Shown: in pieces, positions 1-7,906 of the stretch
Layout of the letters: each line of letters opens with the position of its first letter
Position numbering within the stretch: position 1 is the stretch's first letter
NCBI GenBank assembly: GCA_049970495.1
Contig: JBMFMV010000029.1
Span: 1-21,333, forward strand
Length of the DNA stretch: 21,333 nucleotides
Direction: 5' to 3'
DNA from: a bacterium
GTDB taxonomy: Bacteria > DUMJ01
Program-made: the position numbers and the translations under genes
Notes under the pieces: generated by a model
Told to the model about the DNA's origin: nothing
What the model saw: only the letters and a program-made list of their open reading frames with translations
Database searches by the model: none

Positions 1-2
1 CG

Positions 3-458
3 TATAGATGGCTTCAAGAACCAAGATTTGGTATTCCCACATTAATAATATTAGGAATATGGAGATATGCTGGAATAAATGCTTTGTATTTCCTTTCTGG
101 TTTGCAATCAATCTCGGAGGAGCTACAGGATGCAGCTAGGATAGATGGAGCTAATAAATGGCAATCATTCTGGTATGTAACTTTTCCACTTTTAAGGCCA
201 GTAACTCTTTTTGTTGTAGTTCAGGCGATAATTGGTTCGTATAATCTTTTTGCAGAGCCATTTATATTAGCAGGACAAGGAAGTGGAGGAGCTGGAGCTG
301 GAGATGGGATGTTAATGATGACTGCTTATCTCTATATAAACGGATTTCGCTTCCTAAGAATGGGATACGCATCTGCTATAGGCTTTATCCTTATGATTAT
401 AATCTTTATCTTAACATTACTCCAGTTAAAATTCTTTAGGATGGGAGAGATCGACTGA
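3..458 (+). CDS. Carbohydrate ABC transporter permease (MalF/UgpA-like), 5'-truncated by the window edge
   Basis: The frame is open from position 3 ([35 protein letters not shown]...), so the TTG at 84 is internal. EAA-like motif [26 protein letters not shown]-terminal MGYASAIG and hydrophobic segments. Confidence 0.93.
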   Translation, partial: YRWLQEPRFGIPTLIILGIWRYAGINALYFLSGLQSISEELQDAARIDGANKWQSFWYVTFPLLRPVTLFVVVQAIIGSYNLFAEPFILAGQGSGGAGAGDGMLMMTAYLYINGFRFLRMGYASAIGFILMIIIFILTLLQLKFFRMGEID

Positions 459-469
459 AGGAGGGCAAA

Positions 470-1291
470 ATGAAGAATTTAAATAAACTGGTTATCTTTT
501 TATCTCTAGCTATCGGTGTTCTAATTACATTTCTTCCCTTTTTCTATATGATAGTTTGTTCCTTTAAGACTAATGCTGAAATATATACGCTTCCTATAAG
601 CTTTATTCCGAAGAGATTTTATTTAGAAAACTATCACAGATTGTTTAGAGAGATCCCTTTTGCAAGACAATATTTTAACAGTACCTTTATAGCTTCTATA
701 CAGACTGTTTTAAATATATTTCTGGCTTCTCTAGGTGGATTTGGCTTTGCTAAATACAACTTCAAGCTAAAGGACTTCCTTTTTATCTTTCTCTTAGTAA
801 CTATGATGATTCCATCCCAAGTAGGACTAGTACCTTTATTTTTAATGATGAATTGGTTCAAATGGATAGATACTTATTGGGCAATAATAGTTCCAGGTGC
901 AGTGAGTGCATTTGGAATATTCTTTATGCGTTCTTCGATGATGAGTATTCCAGATGAAATATTAGATTCAGCTAGGATAGATGGAGCTTCTGAGTTTGCT
1001 ATATATAGTAAAATAGTACTACCTATGAGCACAGCAAGTATTGGTATATTAGCCATATTAACTTTTACTGGCTCATGGAATAATTTTATGTGGCCATTAA
1101 TAGTACTAAGTTCTGATACAAAGATGACATTACCTGTCGGATTGACCACTTTGATGAATCTTTATAAAATAGAGTACGGGATGCTTATGGCAGGGTCTTT
1201 TCTTTCTACTATCCCAATCCTTATACTTCTTGTCCTAGTAGGACAGAAAGCATTTATAAGAGGTATTACCATTGGGGCTCTTAAAGGATAG
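470..1291 (+). CDS. Carbohydrate ABC transporter permease (MalG/UgpE-like)
   Basis: AAGGAGG SD just upstream. EAA motif IPDEILDSARIDGASEFAIYSKIVLP, WNNFMWP motif, about six hydrophobic segments. Confidence 0.95.
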   Translation: MKNLNKLVIFLSLAIGVLITFLPFFYMIVCSFKTNAEIYTLPISFIPKRFYLENYHRLFREIPFARQYFNSTFIASIQTVLNIFLASLGGFGFAKYNFKLKDFLFIFLLVTMMIPSQVGLVPLFLMMNWFKWIDTYWAIIVPGAVSAFGIFFMRSSMMSIPDEILDSARIDGASEFAIYSKIVLPMSTASIGILAILTFTGSWNNFMWPLIVLSSDTKMTLPVGLTTLMNLYKIEYGMLMAGSFLSTIPILILLVLVGQKAFIRGITIGALKG

Positions 1292-1321
1292 AAGACATTA
1301 TAGAAGGGAGATGTGTAAGGA

Positions 1322-2404
1322 ATGACTTCGTATGAAAGAACTAAGATGCTTTTAAATAAGGAAATTCCGGACAGAATGGGGATTTTCGAACATTTTTGGC
1401 CTGAAACATTAGAACAATTCTGGCCACCACAGGGATATCCAAAAGGAGGAAATCCTTCATATTATTTTGATTATGATATAGTTTACTGTGGCGGTTGGAT
1501 AAATTCTGAACCGTTTATTGGAGTAAGGGAAGTGATAAAAGAAACTGAAGAGTGGAGAATAATAAAGGATGGAAGAGGAGCTACACTCAAGTTTTGGAAA
1601 AATAAATCTGGGACTCCAGAGCATATTGGTTTTGAAATTACTGAGAGGGAGAAATGGAAGACTTATAGAGAACCCTTATTAGAAATTAGAAAAGAAAGAC
1701 TTGGAGATTTAGAAAATATGAGACTTAATCTTAAGATCGCTAGAGAAAGGGAAAAGTTTACTATATTTGGAGACCTTTTTATATTTGAACTAATGAGGGC
1801 AACTATTGGCGACCAGAATTTCTTACCAGCTCTTCTTCTAGATCCAGATTGGATTAGAGACTTCGCTCAGGTCTATTTAGACTTTTATAGAAATCATTAT
1901 GATATGTTGTTTCGCAAAGTTGGGCTTCCCGATGGCTTTTTAGTCTATGAAGATTTCGGATACAGTAACGGGCTATTTTGTTCTCCTAAAGTTTTATCAG
2001 AATTAATAATGCCTTATGAGAAAGAATTTGTCAGTTTTTTAAAGTCCTATGGGCTTCCTGTAATATTGCATTCGTGCGGAGATATAAGAAAGGCTGTCCC
2101 TCTTATTATAGATGCAGGCTATGATTGTTTACAGCCAATGGAAGCTAAAGCCGGATGTAATGTGGTTGAATTTGCTAAAACTTATGGGAATAAATTAGCC
2201 TATATGGGTAATATTAATGTAGTAGTGCTAAATACTAACGACCCTTTAAAGATTAAAGAAGAGGTTCTTCCTAAATTAAAGGTTCTTTCAAGAATGAAGA
2301 TTCCTTACTTTTTTCATTCTGATCATTCTATTCCACCCACTGTTACTTTAGAAACTTATAGGTATGCTTTAAGCCTTTTCAACGAAAACTGTTGGTATTT
2401 TTAA
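1322..2404 (+). CDS. Uroporphyrinogen decarboxylase / MtaA-CmuA methyltransferase-like (URO-D_CIMS) family protein, function unknown
   Basis: N-terminal MTSYER...PDRM, YEDFGYSNGLFCSP, ILHSCG, YMGNI and SDHSIP are motifs typical of the URO-D-like TIM barrel family. GGGAG SD upstream. Confidence 0.85.
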   Translation: MTSYERTKMLLNKEIPDRMGIFEHFWPETLEQFWPPQGYPKGGNPSYYFDYDIVYCGGWINSEPFIGVREVIKETEEWRIIKDGRGATLKFWKNKSGTPEHIGFEITEREKWKTYREPLLEIRKERLGDLENMRLNLKIAREREKFTIFGDLFIFELMRATIGDQNFLPALLLDPDWIRDFAQVYLDFYRNHYDMLFRKVGLPDGFLVYEDFGYSNGLFCSPKVLSELIMPYEKEFVSFLKSYGLPVILHSCGDIRKAVPLIIDAGYDCLQPMEAKAGCNVVEFAKTYGNKLAYMGNINVVVLNTNDPLKIKEEVLPKLKVLSRMKIPYFFHSDHSIPPTVTLETYRYALSLFNENCWYF

Positions 2405-2432
2405 AAACATTTTGGAAGGAGATGATTTTTTT

Positions 2433-3839
2433 ACGGGTTTCCTTCAGGTCAAAGGACCGTATATAGTAGACGAGACCGGTAGAAAAGTCTTCTTGCGTGG
2501 GGTATGTTTTGGTGGATGGCTAAATATGGAGAACTTTATCACTGGTTACCCAGGAGCAGAGAGTAATCTTAGACAGGCTATAAAAGATGAGCTTGGGGAA
2601 GAAAAATACCAAGTATTCTTTAAAAGTCTTTTGGATTCGTTCATAACAGAAGGTGACTTTAGATTCTTGTCTGAAATAGGTGCAACTGTAGTAAGAATCC
2701 CTTTTAATTACAGACATTTTGAAGATGATATGAACCCTAGTCGATTTGATCCTAAGGGCTTCTATTACTTAGATAGAGCTATAGAATGGGCTAAGAAATA
2801 TAATATTTACGTAATACTTGATCTCCATGCAGCTCCAGGGTGGCAGAATCGTGGTTGGCACTCAGATAATCCCTATGGGATAACTCTTCTTTGGGATAAT
2901 AGGCACTATCAAGAAAGGGTTAAAAATTTATGGGTATATATAGCAGAACACTACAGGGATGAACCTTATGTTGCTGGTTATAATCTGCTTAATGAACCAG
3001 ATGCACTAAATATGGAAATACTAAATAAACTCTACAAAGAATGGGTAACTGCTATAAGGACCATAGACAAAAAGCATATAATCTTTATTGAAGGAAATAG
3101 ATATTCTCAAATCTTTGAAGGTTTAGATGAACCATTCGATGATAATCTTGTATACAGCTCTCATAATTATACGATAGCGACTCATAAGGCAAGGAAGTAT
3201 CCTGGCTATGTTGGTAATATATATGTAGATAAGCATTGGATGGAAGAGATATTTCTTGAGAGAAACAAATGGATCCTAGAACATAAAAGACCATCTTGGG
3301 TAGGAGAATTTGGTGCCCTATTTGATGGACCAATTGGTTCTCCTACGAATGCCGATAAGGCTAGACTTATGGCACTGAAAGATCAATTAGAGGTGTTTAA
3401 TAAATATGAGCAACATTGGACTATATGGACCTATAAAGATGTAGGGGTACAAGGGTTAGTTGTGCCTAAAGAGGACTGTGAATATATGAAGAGGATTAAG
3501 CCTATCCTTAGACTTAAGGAAAAATTAGGACTTGATTCTTGGACATCAAGGGGTCATGGACTTCTTTCTATCGAGACCGCAAGAATGGTAGAAATTGTAG
3601 CACAAACTGTGGCCGAAGAGTTAAAGGATTATAGCTTGGATTATACTACACTTGCAAGAATGTTAGGAGATCGAATAGTCTGTGGAGCTATAAGTAACTT
3701 CATTGCACCTCTATATGCACTTCAGTTTGCCGATATGACGGTAGAAGAGATAGAAAAGATGCATCATTCTGCATTCGAGTTTTCTCATTGCGTAAAGAGG
3801 ACGTATCTTGTAAATATATTAGAAGAGGCAATGAAATGA
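2433..3839 (+). CDS. Glycoside hydrolase family 5 (resembles subfamily GH5_22), cytoplasmic; start probably ACG at 2433 (ORF track uses TTG at 2412)
   Basis: Clan GH-A motifs: ILDLH, YNLLNEP (acid/base), HNY, WVGEFG (nucleophile), WTIWTYK. No signal peptide. SD-like AAGGAGATGA at 2416-2425 lies 7 nt before the in-frame ACG. Start position is uncertain. Confidence 0.9.
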   Translation, partial: TGFLQVKGPYIVDETGRKVFLRGVCFGGWLNMENFITGYPGAESNLRQAIKDELGEEKYQVFFKSLLDSFITEGDFRFLSEIGATVVRIPFNYRHFEDDMNPSRFDPKGFYYLDRAIEWAKKYNIYVILDLHAAPGWQNRGWHSDNPYGITLLWDNRHYQERVKNLWVYIAEHYRDEPYVAGYNLLNEPDALNMEILNKLYKEWVTAIRTIDKKHIIFIEGNRYSQIFEGLDEPFDDNLVYSSHNYTIATHKARKYPGYVGNIYVDKHWMEEIFLERNKWILEHKRPSWVGEFGALFDGPIGSPTNADKARLMALKDQLEVFNKYEQHWTIWTYKDVGVQGLVVPKEDCEYMKRIKPILRLKEKLGLDSWTSRGHGLLSIETARMVEIVAQTVAEELKDYSLDYTTLARMLGDRIVCGAISNFIAPLYALQFADMTVEEIEKMHHSAFEFSHCVKRTYLVNILEEAMK

Positions 3840-3871
3840 TGAAAAAAATAAATTCTCAGGAGGGTTCTATT

Positions 3872-6145
3872 ATGGAAGAAAGATATTTAAATCCAGGATT
3901 GTCAATTGAAGAGAGAGTAGAGGACCTACTCTCTAGGATGACCCTAGAGGAGAAAGTAGGTCAGCTCAAAGCAAAAATCTTACATATTTGGAAGACATTA
4001 GCCGATGTCTTCGAAGACCTAGAACCAGAGCAGTTAAGAAAATTTGATGTTGTATTTCGTGAGCTCTTTAGAGATAGAGATCTAGTAGAGGCGATATCTA
4101 GGAATCTATGGAAGAAGAGATGGAAAGAGTTTATCTTAGAAGGAGACGGAGAAAAATATCCAATAGGAGAATTAAGTTGTGCTCTAAGGCCATTCTCACC
4201 TAGAGAAGGGGTAGAATTTGCCAATGAGATACAAAGATATATTTTAGATAACAGTAGATTAAAGATCCCTGTACTTATTCATGATGAATGTCTACATGGA
4301 TGTATGGCAAAAGGGTCCACAAGTTTTCCTCAATCTATTGCTATGGCTAGTACTTGGAATCCTGAACTTATGTATGAAGTCGCTACAGCAATAGGTAAAG
4401 AGACTAGGGCAAGGGGGATACATCAGGCGCTCTCGCCAACAATTAATATAGCAAGAGATCCGAGATGTGGAAGGACAGAAGAGACTTATGGTGAAGATCC
4501 ATATCTTGCATCACTTATGGCAGTTTCATTCATTAAAGGACTTCAAGAGCAAAAGGTCGTTACTACCCCTAAACATTATGCAGCAAACTTCGTTGGGGAT
4601 GGTGGAAGGGATAGTAATGCGGTTCACTTTTCTGAAAGATTATTAAGAGAGATTTACTTCCCTGCATTTAAGGCAAGCATAGAAAAGGCGAATGCACTTT
4701 CAATTATGGCTGCCTATAACTCTTTAGATGGTATCCCCTGCTCTTCTAATAAGTGGCTCCTGACAGATCTTCTAAGAAAGGAATGGGGATTTAAAGGTTA
4801 TGTTGTATCTGATTATGGATCAGTAATTCATCTAATGACAAAACATAAAGTTGCAAGGTCTAAAGCAGAAGCAGCAAAATTGGCTTTAGAAGCTGGGCTA
4901 GATATGGAATTACCAGAAAGTGACTGCTTTGAAGAGATAGTTGGGCTTGTCAAAGATGGTAAACTTTCTGAAGATGTGGTAAATGAAGCGGTTAGAAGGG
5001 TCTTAAGAGTAAAATTCTGGTTAGGGTTATTCGATAATCCATTTGCTGATCCAGATTATGCCGAAAAGATATGCGATTGTAAAGAACATAGGGAGTTGGC
5101 TCTGAAGGCTGCTAAAGAATCCATAGTGCTACTCAAGAATGAGGGAATACTTCCATTAAGTAAAGAGATAAAGTCTATAGCAGTAATTGGACCAAATGCC
5201 AATGTTCCCAGATTAGGTGGATATAGTGGGTTTGGTATAAAAGTTGTAACACCTCTAGAGGGTATACAAAACAAGGTTGGAAAAGAAACTAAAGTATACT
5301 TTGCTGAAGGTTGTGGATTAAACAATACATCTAAGAAAGGATTTAACGAAGCTATAGAGATAGCTAAGAAGAGTGATGTTGCCATACTATTTATGGGGAA
5401 TTCAGTACCTGAAACAGAAGGAGAACAGAGAGATAGATGTAATCTTGACCTTCCAGGAGTCCAAGAGGACCTAATTAAAGAGATATGTAATACAGGCACT
5501 CCAGTAATAGTAGTCCTTATAAATGGTAGCGCTATTACTATGATGAATTGGATTAATGGGGTAAAGGCAATACTTGAGGCATGGTATCCTGGCGAGGAGG
5601 GAGGAACGGCAATAGCAGATATCCTCTTTGGAGACTATAACCCAGGGGGTAAACTACCTCTTACATTTCCTAAGTTTACAGGACAACTACCTCTATACTA
5701 TAACTATAAACCTTCTGGAAGGGTTGATGATTATGTAGACCTTAGAGGACCTCAAGCACTATTTCCATTCGGATATGGATTAAGTTATACTCAATTCAGA
5801 TATAGTAATCTCAGAATAACACCAGAAGTTATATCTCAAGAAGGGGAAGTCACCATCTCGTTAGATGTAGAAAACATTGGAAGGTATAAGGGGGATGAGG
5901 TGGTTCAACTCTATCTACATGATGAGTTTGCAAGTATTGCTAGACCAGTAAAAGAATTGAAGAGATTTAAGAGAGTAACTCTTGATATAGGAGAAAAGAA
6001 GACTATCTCGTTTACTCTATCTAAAGAAGACCTAGAATTCTTAAATGCAGATATGAAATTAGTAGTAGAACCTGGAATATTCGAGGTCCTAGTTGGAAGT
6101 TCTTCCGAGGATATAAGATTAAAAGGAATCTTTGAAGTAAAGTAA
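3872..6145 (+). CDS. Glycoside hydrolase family 3 (beta-glucosidase/beta-xylosidase, BglX-like) with C-terminal Fn3-like domain, cytoplasmic
   Basis: MTLEEKVGQL, ARDPRCGRTEETYGEDP, KHY, VVSDY (nucleophile), SIVLLKN, EAWYPGEEGG, FPFGYGLSYT, EVVQLY. AGGAGG SD precedes ATG 3872. An alternative ATG at 3836 overlaps the GH5 stop. Confidence 0.96.
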   Translation: MEERYLNPGLSIEERVEDLLSRMTLEEKVGQLKAKILHIWKTLADVFEDLEPEQLRKFDVVFRELFRDRDLVEAISRNLWKKRWKEFILEGDGEKYPIGELSCALRPFSPREGVEFANEIQRYILDNSRLKIPVLIHDECLHGCMAKGSTSFPQSIAMASTWNPELMYEVATAIGKETRARGIHQALSPTINIARDPRCGRTEETYGEDPYLASLMAVSFIKGLQEQKVVTTPKHYAANFVGDGGRDSNAVHFSERLLREIYFPAFKASIEKANALSIMAAYNSLDGIPCSSNKWLLTDLLRKEWGFKGYVVSDYGSVIHLMTKHKVARSKAEAAKLALEAGLDMELPESDCFEEIVGLVKDGKLSEDVVNEAVRRVLRVKFWLGLFDNPFADPDYAEKICDCKEHRELALKAAKESIVLLKNEGILPLSKEIKSIAVIGPNANVPRLGGYSGFGIKVVTPLEGIQNKVGKETKVYFAEGCGLNNTSKKGFNEAIEIAKKSDVAILFMGNSVPETEGEQRDRCNLDLPGVQEDLIKEICNTGTPVIVVLINGSAITMMNWINGVKAILEAWYPGEEGGTAIADILFGDYNPGGKLPLTFPKFTGQLPLYYNYKPSGRVDDYVDLRGPQALFPFGYGLSYTQFRYSNLRITPEVISQEGEVTISLDVENIGRYKGDEVVQLYLHDEFASIARPVKELKRFKRVTLDIGEKKTISFTLSKEDLEFLNADMKLVVEPGIFEVLVGSSSEDIRLKGIFEVK

Positions 6146-6157
6146 CTCTTCTATCCT

Positions 6158-6190
6158 GCCCACAGGGGATTCCCTGTGGGTTTTTATTTT
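6158..6190 (+). terminator. Rho-independent terminator of the sugar operon
   Basis: Perfect 9-bp stem CCCACAGGG (6159-6167), GATT loop, CCCTGTGGG (6172-6180), then TTTTTATTTT, just downstream of the GH3 stop. Confidence 0.92.
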
Positions 6191-6231
6191 CTCGTATAAT
6201 TGACTGTTGTATCTATCCTAAACATTCGCAG

Positions 6232-6260
6232 TTGAATTGATAAGTATTTCCTAGTAAAAT
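6232..6260 (+). promoter_or_regulatory. Putative sigma70/sigmaA promoter of the pur cluster
   Basis: TTGAAT (6232-6237), 17-nt spacer, TAAAAT (6255-6260), upstream of the AAGGAGG SD of purC. Confidence 0.6.
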
Positions 6261-6302
6261 ATCCTTTTTGGGTAGATAAAAGCCGAAGGAGGGAATTAGA
6301 AG

Positions 6303-7259
6303 ATGATAGAGAAAGTTAAACTTATCTATGAGGGTAAGGCTAAGAGGGTATATGCTACTATTGAAGAGGACAAGTTTATTATAGAGTTTAAAGATACAGC
6401 TACTGCCTTTGATGGGTTAAAAAAGGCAGAAATTTCTGGTAAAGGAGAAGCTAATTGTCTCATATCTAGCAAGATATTCGAACTTCTTACTATAAAAGGT
6501 ATAAGAAATCACTACATCAAAAGACTCGATGAAAGAAATATGCTTGTAAAAAGTGTAAAAATCTTTCCGATAGAAGTGATCATAAGAAATAAAGTGGCAG
6601 GTAGTATGGCTAAGAGGCTCGGTTTAGAAGAGGGAAAGGTTTTAGAAAAACCAGTATTAGAATTTTGTTATAAGAGTGACGAACTTCATGACCCAATGAT
6701 AAATGAGGACCATATATTAGCCCTAGGACTTGCAAAAGAGGAGGAACTTTCAACTATAAAAGAGATGTCTTTAGAGACCAATAAGATACTTATAGAATTT
6801 TTTAAAAAGTGTAACTTGGACCTAATAGATATGAAATTCGAGTTTGGTAAAGACTCAAAAGGTGACATATATTTAGCTGATGAGATCTCGCCTGATACTT
6901 GTAGATTGTGGGAATTAGGGACTACAATGTCTTGGGACAAAGACAGATTTAGAAAAGATTTAGGAGATGTTGAAGAAGCCTATAGAGAAGTGAAAGAAAG
7001 AGTCATGAACACTCCGATAGAATCAAGTGCTAGGATATTAATAAGACTAAAGCCAAGTATCTTAGATGCACAAGGTTCTGTGATATTGAATGCATTAAAA
7101 TCTTTAGGGTATAGTGAGGTCCTAGAAGTTAGGGTTGGTAAACTCTTAGAATTGAAACTTGATAGAAAGATTGACGAGCCTGAGAGGATAGAAAAGATGT
7201 GTAAAGAGTTACTTGCTAATCCAGTTATGGAAAATTATGAATGGGAGTGGGTAGAATGA
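6303..7259 (+). CDS. purC-purS: Fusion of SAICAR synthetase PurC (approx. 6303-7004) and FGAM synthetase subunit PurS (approx. 7005-7259)
   Basis: PurC motifs [51 protein letters not shown] run in frame into PurS motifs [15 protein letters not shown] and [10 protein letters not shown]. Confidence 0.93.
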   Translation: MIEKVKLIYEGKAKRVYATIEEDKFIIEFKDTATAFDGLKKAEISGKGEANCLISSKIFELLTIKGIRNHYIKRLDERNMLVKSVKIFPIEVIIRNKVAGSMAKRLGLEEGKVLEKPVLEFCYKSDELHDPMINEDHILALGLAKEEELSTIKEMSLETNKILIEFFKKCNLDLIDMKFEFGKDSKGDIYLADEISPDTCRLWELGTTMSWDKDRFRKDLGDVEEAYREVKERVMNTPIESSARILIRLKPSILDAQGSVILNALKSLGYSEVLEVRVGKLLELKLDRKIDEPERIEKMCKELLANPVMENYEWEWVE

Positions 7260-7906
7260 ACTTTGGTATAGTTGTTTTTCCTGGTACTAACTGTGATAGG
7301 GATTGTTATTATGTAATAGAAGATATATTAAATCAACCTGTAAGATTTATCTGGCACAAGGAGAATAATCTAAAAGGGATAGATTGTGTAGTGCTTCCAG
7401 GGGGATTCTCTTATGGAGATTATTTAAGATCAGGAGCAATAGCTAGATTTTCACCTATTATGTCTAGTGTAAAAGAGTTTGCTGATCGAGGCGGTTTAGT
7501 AATAGGTATATGTAATGGCTTTCAGATACTTACAGAAGCTGAATTGCTTCCAGGGGCGTTGGGAAGAAATAAGGGTCTTAGATTTATATGTAAATATGTA
7601 AATCTTATTATTGAGCGCAACGATACCCCTTTTACCTCTGAATTTAAAAAAGGAGAGATAGTTAGGATGCCTATAGCCCACAATGAAGGGAATTATTATA
7701 TTGACGACCTATCTAAGGTAGAAAAGCAAATAGTTCTCAAATATTACGGAGAAAACCCTAATGGGTCTTTAGCCAATATAGCAGGTATAGTAAATGAAAA
7801 GGGGAATGTCTTTGGATTAATGCCTCATCCCGAGAGATGTAGCGAAAAAATATTAGGTTCAGAAGATGGATTAAGGATATTTAAGTCTATAGTGAGGTCA
7901 CTATGA
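7256..7906 (+). CDS. purQ: FGAM synthetase glutaminase subunit PurQ
   Basis: [32 protein letters not shown] (catalytic Cys), AHNEG, MPHPER (His-Glu). ATG at 7256 forms an ATGA overlap with the upstream stop. Confidence 0.97.
   Translation: MNFGIVVFPGTNCDRDCYYVIEDILNQPVRFIWHKENNLKGIDCVVLPGGFSYGDYLRSGAIARFSPIMSSVKEFADRGGLVIGICNGFQILTEAELLPGALGRNKGLRFICKYVNLIIERNDTPFTSEFKKGEIVRMPIAHNEGNYYIDDLSKVEKQIVLKYYGENPNGSLANIAGIVNEKGNVFGLMPHPERCSEKILGSEDGLRIFKSIVRSL

Noticed and set aside
1311..1325. Mini-ORF ATG TGT AAG GAA TGA overlapping the URO-D-like start, and a 14-codon mini-ORF at 18514-18558
   Set aside because: Most likely by-products of SD-region sequence, with no evidence of leader-peptide function.
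1322..2404. Calling the URO-D-family gene hemE
   Set aside because: It lacks the HemE N-terminal MRQAGR signature, has HSCG instead, and sits in a carbohydrate operon.
3788..3871. ORF-track N-terminal extensions of GH3 (3788), purQ (7241), purF (10050) and pdxS (18405)
   Set aside because: They overlap the upstream gene or translate through the SD. Downstream ATGs fit SD position and family N-termini better.
6219..6232. AAACATTCGCA as a possible PurR PurBox (CGAA core on the minus strand)
   Set aside because: A single partial match, too weak to support without comparative data.
6191..6240. CTCGTATAAT upstream of the pur cluster resembles the 5' end of a purine riboswitch
   Set aside because: No P2 stem with ATATGG loop, no proper GTTTCTACC, no closing CTACGAG strand and no downstream terminator. 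It also lies upstream of the best promoter candidate. No ZTP-riboswitch motif either.
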